64,000 bases of DNA. It comes from Octopus vulgaris. Taxonomy: Eukaryota. A program made the translations under genes and the position numbers. Shown piece by piece: positions 26,499 through 39,094 of this stretch (position 1 is the first letter of the stretch; each line of letters begins with the position of its first letter). Location: NCBI GenBank assembly GCA_951406725.2, contig OX597822.1, positions 102,114,001 through 102,178,000 on the forward strand, given 5' to 3'. The notes below the pieces were generated by a model that was given only the letters and a program-made list of their open reading frames with translations, did not search any database and was not told where the DNA came from.

Positions 26499-27126
26499 AA
26501 GTTTCTTTATTGGCCACACAGGGCTGCACACAGATGGGGCAAGTTACAAGGTAGAGCTTTTCTTTTGGTGGATGAAAAAAACAAAAAACAAAAGAAACAA
26601 AAAAAAAGAGGGGTGGCGTAGGTTTTCGATCAAGTGGGATCGTAAAAGGGAAGAAAAGAACAAAAAAAATAATTTTAAAAAGTAAAAATAAATCAAATAA
26701 AATAAAAAATAAAAATAAAAATAAAAAATAAAGGAAAAGGAAAAGGAACAAAAGAAAAGAGAAATGAAAAAAGAAGAAAAAAGGGGAAAAAAAGGGGAAG
26801 AGGAAAAAAAGAACGATCAATAGGGATCGTGTATCACAGTGTTATGATATATGGTGTAAAGGGGAAAGCAAGTAAGTTTTATCCGTGGGAAGAAAAGCCT
26901 ACGAAAAAGACCACGGTAACCTTGGTCAATATTGTTATATGTTACCACATTTGTTTGCAAGTGGGTAACCCTCTGTTTTCAATTTCTGGGTTCATAGGAT
27001 TATGCTCAAGGTGGCTTCGTCATTCATACGTGCCATCCTTGCTACATTCACCCATCTTTTTTTAAAACATTCGCTAGACAAAACTTGCCTCTCTACTCTC
27101 ACTTTCCTTTTCAAGTGATACTTGAA
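26499..27126 (-). mobile_element. Second, shorter 5'-truncated copy of the same Tx1-like LINE
   Basis: Near-identical to 25101-25700 with the same 3' junction to (CTAT)n. Confidence 0.88.
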
Positions 27127-27226
<100 letters not shown>

Positions 27227-27671
27227 AACATACTTAGATTCATACTATTTCTCGCTGCTTATAAGCGGTGAGTCGCGTGTGTATGCAAAGTGGTCATTTG
27301 CGAGCGTTTATAATTTGGTAGCATCTACCAGGCTAGCCGTGAGCAGTTTTTCATTATTTATTTTTAAACCATCCAATCCCATCGTTGACCATGTGAAATA
27401 ACTGGAATGTTACAGCTGGAAAGCGAGAGAGGGCTTCACCAGCATTAAGTTGTTGGTTATTTTCAGATGAGTTGACTAGAGCTACATGAAATCAAGTGTC
27501 TTTCTCAAAAACCTAGTGTACCTCCCGATCTGATATTTGAACTTACACCCTAAAGATCGTAAGCCAAACACCTTAACTACTAAGCTATGTGCCTTCTCGT
27601 AGGACTATATAATAAAGTTACAAATGTGTGTAGAATTAGTGTAGCAATGTTTGGTGTTTATTTCATCGACA

Positions 27672-28076
27672 TAGGAGGAGTGGCTGTGTGGTAAGTAGCT
27701 TGTTTACCAACCACATGGTTCCGGGTTCAGTCCCACTGCGTGGCACCTTGGGCAAGTGTCTTCTACTATAGCCTCGGGCCGACCAAAGCCTTGTGAGTGG
27801 ATTGGTGGACGGAAACTCAAAGAAGCCCGTTGTATATATGTATATATATATATGCGTGTGTGTGTTTGTGTGTCTGTGTTTGTCCCCCTAGCATTGCTTG
27901 ACAACTGATGCTGGTGTGTTTATGTCCCCGTTACTTAGCGGTTCGGCAAAAGAGACCGATAGAATAAGTACTGGGCTTACAAAAGAATAAGTCCCGGGGT
28001 CGAGTTGCTCGATTAAAGGCGGTGCTCCAGCATGGCCGCAGTCAAATGACTGAAACAAGTAAAAGAGTAAAAGAGT
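27672..28076 (+). mobile_element. SINE family C
   Basis: Near full length with (gtaaaaga)n tail. Confidence 0.9.
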
Positions 28077-29283
28077 ATAGGAATTATGGAAAGCAAAGCG
28101 AACCTGGTTAGAGACTTCAATTTAAGTTATTGACGAGCGAAACGAAACTAAATTTCACTTTTTTTAAATAACATTTAAATACAAAGAAACAGCTAAAAGC
28201 AGAGATAGGAGAAGAAAAGAAAGAAAAAGAATAAAGGGCATTGATCAACCCGGGACATTTGCTCAAAGTGTCCAAACCAGAACCATGTGTTTGCGAAGAG
28301 AATTTCCTCACCACACAACCATCCCTAACGTTTTATTGCAACTTCCCAATCTAGAAATCCCAAACTCACCCGCACAAACAGAATTATGAGCCAGAATATT
28401 GACAGTATTATTGGCAACAAGTGTTTGATAGTTAAGATATTGAGCCTCAAAAATCTAATGAGAAACGATTATGATGTGAGGAAAGGATAACATTTAGTCA
28501 TTGTCTGGGCTGTAACCGAATTTTTTCGATCATTTTGGTGAACCCGGGAATTGACTCTAAGCATCTTTCATTTGTTTGAACTTCCTCAACAAAGCATGAA
28601 CTCTTTTGTATACACGAGCAAGCTTTAATAATTAGCTAAATTAAAAAATAATGAAAATTTATTTTTTCCTGTCCACTTAAATATTTATAATTAGATTATG
28701 GACACTCACCTAATAAGTACGTTTTTAACGCTAGGTTAAACAGCGGGTTTTTTATTTTGATTTTTCAGACGGTGTCACTTGGCAGGCTGTACTTAAACCA
28801 CACATCCATGGGTGGAAGGCAAAGTTTACCTCAGTGCGATTTGAGCTCATTTGATAGTGAAGAACCGCAAGGCATTTTGTCCTACGCGCTGAAGATTCTG
28901 TCAGCCCACCTACAGTAAATTTATTTTTACTTCCATTGAACCAACAAGACAAAAAAGATGTTATTTACACAACTAGTATACCGTGAGAAAATATTTGTCT
29001 TAATACATGAGTTGGTTTCATGTTTAAAATTGAACAGCTCTGAATGGTGAGAGCACGGTGAAGAACAAAAAAAAAAAAAGAGATTCATTGGTGATAGGAA
29101 TCGTTGCAGAGTAACAAAAGAAAATAAATGGTGAAAACAAATATTGCTCTGAGGCAGGTCTTCGCAACAAGGAAACAAAAAACACTTTATTTTAGTATAT
29201 TTTGAAATTACAGCAAGTGAATAAATGAAAGCGCAAGTACAGTTCAAATGTCTCTCGAAAATAGTGATTTTTTTATTGTATGA

Positions 29284-29647
29284 CTAGCAGTATCGCCCGG
29301 CGTTGCTCGGGTTTGTAAGGGAAATAACTATAAAGCATTTTTAGAGAGTTATAGCCAAAAAATAGCAAAAAAATGGGAAAAAAAATTATGGTAAATTTTT
29401 TTTTTTAGTTAAAAGTTGCGTCCCCTAGACAGTCTGTGGTTTGTGTTTCTGATTCTCGACCCCATGTCGAATTTATCGATTTTTTTCAGAACTGGGGGAA
29501 CTTTCTCAAAATTTTCGGTGCGTTAGTTTTGAATTATGACATTGTCAAGTTTCATCAGAATCGGTTGAAAGCCGTGGTCAGGGTGAGGGTACAACCTGAC
29601 AGACACACAGACACACAGACAGACAAACTGCCGTTTATATATAGAGA
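29284..29647 (-). mobile_element. Non-autonomous Helitron
   Basis: Minus strand 5' TC..tatatataaacggcag; 3' cccgagcaacgccgggcgatactgCTAG|t. Confidence 0.82.
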
Positions 29648-29855
29648 GAAGAGAGAGAATTACAAAATGTGCAATTAACAGAGACTATAATACAGAATCA
29701 GATTTTTAATATACCTAAATCAACATATCTCTAAGTTCAAATCCAGGCAGAATAGAATTAATGGTTCGCAGTCTTGGGTAAAACACCAGCGTCTGTAATA
29801 TACTGGAATGAATTAAATCAAATTTATTTTTCTAACAAATGCTATTTCCATGAAT

Positions 29856-30239
29856 GTGGAGGCGCAATGGCCCAGCGGTTAGGGCAGCGGACTCGCGGTC
29901 GTAGGATCGCGGTTTCGATTCCCAGACCGGACGTTGTGAGTGTTTATTGAGCGAAAACACCTAAAGCTCCACGAGGCTCCGGCAGGGGATGGTGGTGATC
30001 CCTGCTGAACCCTTTCACCACAACTTTCTCTCACACTTACCTCCTGTTTCTGTTGTACCTGTATTTCAAAGGGCCGGCCTTGTCACTCTCTGTGTCACGC
30101 TGAATATCCCCGAGAACTACGTTAAGGGTACACGTGTCTGTGGAGTGCTCAGCCAGTTACACGTTAATTTCACGAGCAGGCTGTTCCGTTGATCGGATCA
30201 ACCGGAACCCTAGTCGTCGTAACCGACGGAGTGCTTCCC
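29856..30239 (+). mobile_element. SINE family B
   Basis: TSD atttccatgaat. Confidence 0.92.
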
Positions 30240-30959
30240 ATTTCCATGAATTCAAGAGCTAATGATTGTTGTCTAAATGCAAAAATTTTTCAAAAGAAAA
30301 TTTTGGCAACAAGGTGAGCAAATGTACATTTATAAAACTTATGTTCCCTCAGCTATTAGTCAAACATATCACCTATAAGTAAGGAAAGACTCGTTTTTCA
30401 GGTAACCTATGTGGCAGCTGTAAATGATAATACGTATGGTATAATACATTAATGAAACTTAAATGAGACAAGTTGACGTTTCTTGGTGCACATACAGGAG
30501 AATGCGAAAGAGCAACGTACGATCACAAATCTCGACTCAAAGAACCATATCACTCTAAAATCATTGGTTTTTTTTCATATCAACTGGTGAAGCCATTACA
30601 TGGTCACTCGCCCTTATAGAAACAGATGGCTATTCTCCATTGTATCATATCGCCGTCCTAAATATAGATGATTGCATTGCATAATATATTCTATGATATA
30701 TTCTACTCTCTTTTACTCTTTTACTTGTTTCAGTCATTTGACTGCGGCCAGCTGGAGCACCGCATTTAGTCGATCAAATTGACCCCAGGACTTATTCTTT
30801 GTAAGCCTCGTACTTATTCTATCGGTGCCTTTTTTGTTGAACTGCTAAGTTACGGAGACATAAACGCACCACCATCGGCTGTCAAGTGATGTTGGGGAGA
30901 CAAACACAGACACACAAACATACATACACACACACATACACACACACACACATACATAC

Positions 30960-31020
<61 letters not shown>

Positions 31021-31173
31021 ATCTTCATATCGCACCATGAGATAAGACAGAGGGACAAAAAAGACTAGCAAAAAATATTATTGAATAATTCAAGTTCCAG
31101 GATTTCTACCTTTGCTTTAAATAAGCTTTGCCGTATTCGGTTGAATATATCAAAGTACATAAATACAGATATA

Positions 31174-31872
31174 CGAGGGGCGTTCAATAAGTAACGTTTC
31201 TCATGGTGCGATACGAACATTTAACGTGGTTTTTAGAGTCAGGGATTTGACTGCTATTTCGACATGGTGGTGTCTCTCAGACACCCTTATTTTTAGTTGT
31301 AAAAAATTATTACCTTTGTATGGTATTTTTCCCATGCTGGCCACTTGATAATATCGATATTTAAATATCGATATTATCCTTATTTATAAATTTATATAAT
31401 TAGTCACTATATTCACTGCGGTGTTTATTTTGACCATATCGTGCTTATGAGGTGTTTGGCGAGCAATTTAACTGACCTTGTACATACGTGCATATATATG
31501 TATGGACGTTCGTATATGTAAGTATAACGTTTGTTCTGCATATATATATATCTGTATTTATGTACTTTGATATATTCAACCGAATACGGCAAAGCTTATT
31601 TAAAGCAAAGCTAGAAATCCTGGAACTTGAATTATTCAATAATATTTCTTGTCTAGTCTTTTTTGTCCCTCTGTCTTATCTCATGGTGCGATATGAACAT
31701 TTAACGTGGTTTTTAGAGTAAGGGATTTAACTGCTATTTCGGCATGGTGGTGTCTCTCAGACACCCTTATTTTTATCCTTGTAATCAAAAAATTTTTACC
31801 TTTGAATGGTATTTTTCCCATGCACTGGCCACTTGATAATATCGATATTTAAATATCGATATTATCGTTATT

Positions 31873-31935
<63 letters not shown>

Positions 31936-32274
31936 ACGACGGGCTCTCTTTTCAGTTTCCGTCTACCCAATGGCACTTCCAAGGCTTTGGTTGGCCCGAG
32001 GCTATAGTAGAAGACACTTGGCCAAGTTGCCACGCATAAGTTAGAAGTCTCCCGTGGTGTGCGTCCTTTCAAATACAAAAACCAGATCACTGCTCGACAC
32101 TCAACAGGCTCCATTTCCCACTTGACTCATTTCAAACACCTGTAAATCAGAAACCAGAATTGGTTCAGAGCTGTAATTTGCCACTTCATCTATAGAGATA
32201 TAAATAATTCTAAATTTTAGCTAGATCAAACAATTGCAAGTGGGTCAGAGGCATTACTTATTGAACGTCCCTCG
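31174..32274 (-). mobile_element. Mariner shell with captured flanking DNA
   Basis: TIRs ta|cgaggggcgttcaataagtaa and ttactttattgaacgtccctcg|ta; transposase N-terminus MEPVECRAVIWFLYLKGRTPRET at about 32040-32114; interior 31195-32035 copies 32291-33133. Confidence 0.8.
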
Positions 32275-32296
32275 TATATATGCAGAACAAACGTTT

Positions 32297-32969
32297 CTCA
32301 ATGGTGCGATACGAACATTTAACGTGGTTTTTAGAGTCAGGGATTTGACTGCTATTTCGGCATGGTGGTGTCTCTCAGACACCCTTATGTTTAGTTGTAA
32401 AAAATTATTACCTTTGTATGGTATTTTTCCCATGCTGGCCACTTGATAATATCGATATTTAAATATCGATATTATCCTTATTTATAAATTTATATAATTC
32501 GTCACTATATTCACTGCGGTGTTTATTTTGACCATATCGTGCTTATGAGGTGTTTGGCGAGCAATTTAACTGACCTTGTACATACGTGCATATATATGTA
32601 TGTATGGACGTTCGTATATGTAAGTACAACGTTTGTTCTGCATATATATATATATATCTGTATTTATGTACTTTGATATATTCAACCGAAGACGGCAAAG
32701 CTTATTTAAAGCAAAGCTAGAAATCCTGGAACTTGAATTATTCAATAATATTTCTTGCTAGTCTTTTTTGTCCCTCTGTCTTATCTCATGGTGCGATATG
32801 AACATTTAACGTGGTTTTTAGAGTAAGGGATTTAACTGCTATTTCGGCATGGTGGTGTCTCTCAGACACCCTTATTTTTAGTTGTAAAAAATTTTTACCT
32901 TTGAATGGTATTTTTCCCATGACTGGCCACTTGATAATATCGATATTTAAATATCGATATTATCGTTAT

Positions 32970-32970
<1 letters not shown>
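32297..32970 (+). mobile_element. Non-coding element with about 185-bp direct terminal repeats (pLTR/TRIM-like)
   Basis: Repeats at about 32297-32480 and 32785-32970, each containing a 32-bp palindrome; second copy at 31200-31870. Confidence 0.65.
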
Positions 32971-33034
<64 letters not shown>

Positions 33035-33439
33035 ACGACGGGCCTCTTTTCAGTTTCCGTCTACCCAATTCACTTCCAAGGCTTTGGTTGGCCCGAGGCT
33101 ATAGTAGAAGACACTTGGCCAAGTTGCCACGCAGTGAGAATGAACCCGGAACCAAGTAGTTGGTAAGCGAGCTACTTACCACACAGCCACTCATGCGCCC
33201 ACATACCAAAAAATAATAAGATGATCAAGGCTAAAACGTCTTTGATGATGGTCTGCTGTGTTTGGCTCGCCTGTGACTAAACAACAAGAACAACAACAAC
33301 TATTATACTACTTAAGATGAAAGACCCCACATGCCAGCAAGCAATGAAGCCGAAATTAAATGCTATATAGAAATACCGTATCTAACTTTCCAACATAAAA
33401 GGATTCCCATGAAATTATTTCTAGACATGGATATAAGAC

Positions 33440-34200
33440 CCGAAAATGAAAGAGAAAAATTAGTCAATTACATCGACACCAATACTTGACTGGTATTTTA
33501 TTCAGCCCCCATAAGGATGAAGAGCTAAGTTGATCTTAGTTGAATTCAAACTCAGAGAGTAAAGAACCTTAGTAACAGGCTGCAAAGCAGTCTCTCCGAT
33601 ACTTCAACGATTAAAGGTGGACTATGTAATGGTTTCTGAGTTTTGGGGGTACAAAGCCAGCAATTTTGAGGTGATGGAATAAGTCGATATCATCGGCCCG
33701 ACTACTTTGCTGGTACTTTATTTCATCGACTCCGAAATGAAGGAAGGTAAATTTGACCACAGTGGGATTTGAAATCAGAACGTAAAGAGCCAGAAAAAAT
33801 ATTTTCCAAGTCTCTAACAATTTTTATTTCTTTACTACCCACAAGGGGCTAAACACAGAGGAGACAAACAAGGACAAACAAACGGATGAAGTCGATTATA
33901 TCGACCCCAGTGCGTAACTGCTACTTATTTAATCGACCCCCGAAAGGATGAAAGGCAAAGTCGACCTCGGCGGAATTTGAACTCAGAACGTAGCGGTAGA
34001 CGAAATACCGCTAAGCATTTTGCACGGCGTGCTAACGATTCTGCCAGCTCGCCGCCTTCCTATGTAGCAGAAGTGGTTTCTAATTTAGGCACGAAGCCAG
34101 AAATTCTGAGGTGAGAGTATTAGTCGATACCATCAACACTAGTACTTTACAGGTACTTAATTTTATCGCCCCGTGGGAGGGGGGAGTAAAAGGCAAGTTT
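33440..34200 (-). mobile_element. Cluster of SINE A copies (one young at about 33820-34059, others degenerate)
   Basis: Repeated gatgaaaggcaaagtcgacc / ggtacttta motifs. Confidence 0.8.
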
Positions 34201-34330
34201 GATCTTAATGTGCGTAAAAACCGGTTGTTTACCACCACCCCGATACTATAACATTTCTAGCCTCAAGACTGCATATGTAATGTCAGAGAAATGCCTCGTC
34301 TATAGAGATGAATAGCGCATTATCGTTATG

Positions 34331-34800
34331 TACGAGGGGTACATAAGAAGAAACCAGAATTTTGCAATATTGTTTTATCCACTTAGTTTAACATGTTTAC
34401 ACTTTTATCGCCTTCAAAGTAATCTCCATTTGAAGCAACGCATCGGTCCAGACGCGTTTTCCACTGTTCGAGGCAGCGCTGGAACTCTTGAGAAGTGATG
34501 CCTTTTAACGTTTCCGTCGTGCCTTTTTTTCTCCACCTCTTTCGCATCTGCAAAATGTTTACCTTTAAGAACTTTTTTTTCATTCGGGGAGAACAAAACC
34601 AAGTCACAGTGAGCAAGATCGGGGGAATAGGGAAGGAGGGTAAGCAGGGTCACGCATTCAGTCGTGACTGCTTTTAATCTTCCGTGAGCAAACGAGGTAC
34701 AAATTTTGCTGCAACTTTTTTCATTTGCAATTCTTCACTCAAAATCCGTTGACAGGAGCTCCAGAACACAGCAGTCAAATCAACAATTTCGCTAATTTTA
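34331..34800 (-). pseudogene. Mariner transposase 3' fragment with TIR
   Basis: PYSPDLAHCD and FQRCLEQWKTRLDRCVASNGDYFEG; TIR tacgaggggtaca. Confidence 0.88.
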
Positions 34801-35020
34801 TTTTGCTTTGCGGGAGCAACAGTTTTCTCGAAGACACATCTTGTAATTGTTCGAAATGTGGAGTAGATAAACAGCCGACACCTGATGAAGGGTCGTTCTT
34901 TATGTTACTTGCCTTGTTTTCCATTTGTTTCTTTCGTTGTTCGGAAAAAAGTTCGTATTCCATGTTTTCGTATTTCGTATTTCATGTTGTTTACGTTTTA
35001 TGACATCCTGTACCCATACA

Positions 35021-35056
<36 letters not shown>

Positions 35057-35082
35057 AGTAAGTACATATATGTATGTATATA

Positions 35083-35143
<61 letters not shown>

Positions 35144-35267
35144 TATATTATATATATATAAACATATGTATATGAAGATATGCTTGTATATATTCATTAT
35201 ATATATATATATATATATATATATAAGTATATGAAAGAATGGAGTTGAACGACTAGTTAACAAATAT

Positions 35268-35362
35268 CCTTTATTCTCAACATATGTTTCGATGGCTGCA
35301 TATTCCTAATTCCGAGGGAATAAGGAGTACATTATGCAGATTTCTCGTCAGGAAAATCAAGG
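35268..35362 (-). ncRNA. Type I hammerhead ribozyme (GUU site)
   Basis: ccttgattttc-CTGACGA-long helix II-GAAA-catatg-TT-gagaataaagg. Confidence 0.75.
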
Positions 35363-36163
35363 AACTTATGTCGACATCAAAATGCACAAAAAACTTTTAG
35401 CTGACCGCTCTCAATGAGCCCATGACGATAATGAGTGTCTCTTTATAATGAGTGACGTCAGAGTGGCTGAATGTAGAAGAATCTAGAAGTTTCTAAATGT
35501 TCAAGAGTTCAAACAAACTCTTTTTGACTATTGGGTGAAATATAGGAAAATTTTTTTGGAAATCGAGGGGTTACCTACAGGTGTTTACACTGGAAAAGAC
35601 ACACCTTTCACTCATATAAATAGTGACTAATATAGATAACCCCTCGATTTCCAAAAAACTTTTTCCTATATTTCACCCCAATAGTCAAAAAGATTTTCTT
35701 ATATTCCCAATTACTACTATCCATTCTTGCGTTGCCTCTCACCTCGCCCCATTCTTTCTCACTTCCTTTCTCTACAGTAAACATAATCGAACACACAGAC
35801 ACAGATCTTTCACCTCACAGCTGTCAGTTTTCTGACATCTACCCATCTACAAACACAATCACGCATTCAGACACACATATACACACATTAAGACAGTTAT
35901 ATACAGTCACACACACAGGCACTCATTCACAAAAGAAATCATTTAAACCCACCATTCTTTTGACCTGCACTCTCTCACCTTACTATTCTTATGCTTCCCT
36001 CCTCCTACTTCGTTTGAACTCTTGAACCTTTAGAAACTTCTAGATTCTTCTACATTCAGCCACTCTGACGTCACTCATTATAAAGAGACACTCATTATCG
36101 TCATGCGCTCCTTGAGAGCGGTCAGCTAAAAGTTTTTTGTGCATTTTGATGTCGACATAAGTT

Positions 36164-36258
36164 CCTTGATTTTCCTGACGAGAAATCTGCATTATGTACT
36201 CCTTATTCCCTCAGAATTAGGAATATGCAGCCTTCGAAACATATGTCGAGAATAAAGG
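36164..36258 (+). ncRNA. Type I hammerhead ribozyme (GUC site)
   Basis: Stem I ccttgattttc/gagaataaagg (10 of 11 pairs including one G-U); CTGACGA at 36175-36181; helix II domain 36182-36235 (gaa/ttc, ctgcat/atgcag); GAAA at 36236-36239; palindromic catatg; predicted cut after C36247. Confidence 0.82.
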
Positions 36259-36444
36259 ATATCGTTCAACTCCATTCTTTCATATACTTATAATTTTAAA
36301 ATAAACATACAAATTTCCGCACGAAGACACGTAGTCTATGCCCCAGGGACGTAGCTTCAACCGTGTTCTTTCTGATGTGAATTTGCTACCCAGGTATCGG
36401 TTAGCTTTTGAATTATCCTTAAGATAATTCATTCAATTACTCAA

Positions 36445-36524
<80 letters not shown>

Positions 36525-36610
36525 GTATACATATATATATATAATTCCTTAAATGCTTAAAAATGTTTTAGCCCGAAGGCCGCGGCCACGCTGGGGCACC
36601 ACCGCTGTTT

Positions 36611-36660
36611 ATAAATATGGAACACTTCACGAATTTGCGTGTCATCCTTGTGCAGGGGCC

Positions 36661-36696
<36 letters not shown>

Positions 36697-36710
36697 TTGT
36701 ATTGCTGAAG

Positions 36711-36713
<3 letters not shown>
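36611..36713 (-). pseudogene. U6: U6 snRNA retrocopy
   Basis: Minus strand ttgcttcagcaatacaaatactaaaattggaacgatacagagaagattagcatggcccctgcacaaggatgacacgcaaattcgtgaagtgttccatattt; ACAGAGA box intact; several CpG-type substitutions; upstream is only (TA)n. Confidence 0.95.
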
Positions 36714-36791
<78 letters not shown>

Positions 36792-37236
36792 TATTTGTGT
36801 GCTTATATATGTATATATGGCTATGTGAGTAGGGGAGGGAAAGAACAAATGAGTAAATATATATTCGAGTGTTTGACTATAGTTGTGTACATGTATACAA
36901 ATGTGCGCAGTTATACACACACACAACACACACACACAACACACACACAACACACACACACACACACACACATACATATATACATAATATGTAATTACCA
37001 CTTTAAGATTGGAAATTACTAAATGTTAAATTGAAACTTTGCTTCTTCATATATTTACTGTAGCTCTGACCTTTAAGCAATTAAATCGAATCGTGTATAT
37101 TAGATTTCTCCGGAAGTAGATGTTTACCAAGAACACACTTATTTGTAGCTAGCAACTTTGTCTGGTATGGGTAATATATATATATATATATATATTATAT
37201 GTATATATATATATACCTATATACACTAATATATAT

Positions 37237-37286
<50 letters not shown>

Positions 37287-37314
37287 TATATATACCTATA
37301 TACTCTAATATATA

Positions 37315-37349
<35 letters not shown>

Positions 37350-37360
37350 TAATATATATA

Positions 37361-37860
37361 CTAGCAGAATACCTGACGTTGCCCAGCCTGGAAAATAGCC
37401 ATAAATTGTTTTTAATGAAAGCATATTCTGTTTAATATGCCATTTCTCTTGAAATGTTATCTTTTATGTCGGAAATAAAATCGTTTTCCAATACGTATAT
37501 AGTAGTTTGATATCTAATGCCCTTTGATACTGAAAGGCACTCAGTCTCCGTATCAGCAGTATATTTCACGTTTTGTTTTTCTTTTTGTGGTATGTAAATG
37601 TCATTCAGCATATTAATATGTTGAATGTGAAAGGGATTTATTTCATCGGAAACTATAGATGAACATAATATAATGTATTATTCATGAAATTCTCTTATTC
37701 TTAAAATTATTAGCAAAATTTAATGAAAACTGGAGTATCGTGAAATAAAATCATTCTTTAATACGTGCGGAAACCGAAATACCTAAAGTGGACCCAAAAC
37801 ACTCAACTGTTATGGATTCAATACAAGCAGCGATATAGAAATAATGTTAAGATTTTATAG
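37361..37860 (-). mobile_element. Degenerate Helitron-like fragment
   Basis: a|ctagcagaatacctgacgttgccc resembles the Helitron 3' terminus; extent uncertain. Confidence 0.45.
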
Positions 37861-37862
37861 TA

Positions 37863-38692
37863 CTGAGCTAAACGCATCAGGATTATCTAAAAGAGATGAA
37901 GGAATGAAGATATTAGTGGGAGTACTCCGTCGGTTACGACGATGAGGGTTCCGGTTGATCCGAATCAACGGAACAGCCTGCTCGTGAAATTAACGTGTAA
38001 GTGGCTGAGCACTCCACAGACACGTGCACCCTTAACGTAGTTCTCGGGGATATTCAGCTGAGCTAAACGCATCAGGATTATCTAAAAGAGATGAAGGAAT
38101 GAAGATATTAGTGGGAGCACTCCGTCGGTTACGACGATGAGGGTTCCGGTTGATCCGAATCAACGGAACAGCCTGCTCGTGAAATTAACGTGTAAGTGGC
38201 TGAGCACTCCACAGACACGTGCACCCTTAACGTAGTTCTCGGGGATATTCAGCTGAGCTAAACGCATCAGGATTATCTAAAAGAGATGAAGGAATGAAGA
38301 TATTAGTGGGAGCACTCCGTCGGTTACGACGATGAGGGTTCCGGTTGATCCGTATCAACGGAACAGCCTGCTCGTTAAATTAACGTGTAAGTGGCTGAGC
38401 ACTCCACAGAGACATGTACCCTTAACGTAGTTCTCGGGGAAATTCAGCGTGACACAGAGAGTGACAAGGCCGGCCCCTTGAAATACAGGTACAACAGAAA
38501 CAGGAAGTAAGAGTGAGAGAAAATTGTGGTGAAAGAGTACAGTAGGGATCACCACCATCCCCTGCCGGAGCTCGTGGAGCTTTTTAGGTGTTTTCGCTCA
38601 ATAAACACTCACAACGCCCGGTCTGGGAATCGAAACCGCGATCCTATGACCGCGAGTCCGCTGCCCTAACCATTGGGCCATTGCGCCTCCAC
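37863..38692 (-). mobile_element. SINE family B with a 195-bp triplication of its 3' junction
   Basis: Unit starts at 37863, 38058 and 38253; TSD tgaagatattagt. Confidence 0.92.
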
Positions 38693-39094
38693 TGAAGATA
38701 TTAGTATCACATTTGTTATCCGGTCACGATTATTTCAATAAGCTGATGCAGTAGCAAACCATTATCATTAATTTTCTCAACCCCGTATCTTCCATGACAT
38801 CTCCAGGTGTTTCAATCAGTGTAAAAGTCACCAAGTAATGTAATTTTTATCAGAATTGGCTACGCAACGCAAATACTTTTTAAAGCTTCATAAAAATCTG
38901 AGTTTTGTTTCTTCATTGCTGTCTAGAGTCGGTGCATATGTACCTATATAACAATCATCTCTTAATTTTATTCGGAGAGCGATGATTCTCTCGTTAGTAT
39001 CCATTCATAAGTCATTCAGCTTTGACACTATCTCATTTTTAATGGCAAATCCTACAGTTGCTATCATACGTTCTCATTCTTTTCCTTTCCAGAA

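Larger units (their letters stand above)
30705..33199 (-). mobile_element. SINE C split by a nested composite (terminal-repeat element with inverted 5' piece, plus mariner)
   Basis: SINE 3' part 30705-31018; SINE 5' part 33035-33199; the insert sits in the SINE's internal microsatellite. Confidence 0.8.
35223..36445. mobile_element. Non-autonomous hammerhead-bearing retroelement (Penelope-like or retrozyme-like) with inverted duplicate arm
   Basis: 35223-35515 is the reverse complement of 36012-36291; inner inverted pair 35520-35573 / 35637-35692; (TA)n on both sides. Confidence 0.8.

Noticed and set aside
34860-34900. CTGATGA at about 34882 as a hammerhead
   Set aside because: No properly placed helix II-GAAA-UH or stem I partner downstream
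36611-36713. Functional U6 gene
   Set aside because: CpG-type substitutions, first bases missing, no recognisable upstream PSE (only a TA repeat), no clean T-run terminator, and fused to a retroposon tail
37863-38430. Regularly spaced repeats resembling a CRISPR array
   Set aside because: Whole 195-bp units are duplicated with no unique spacers; eukaryotic context and no cas genes
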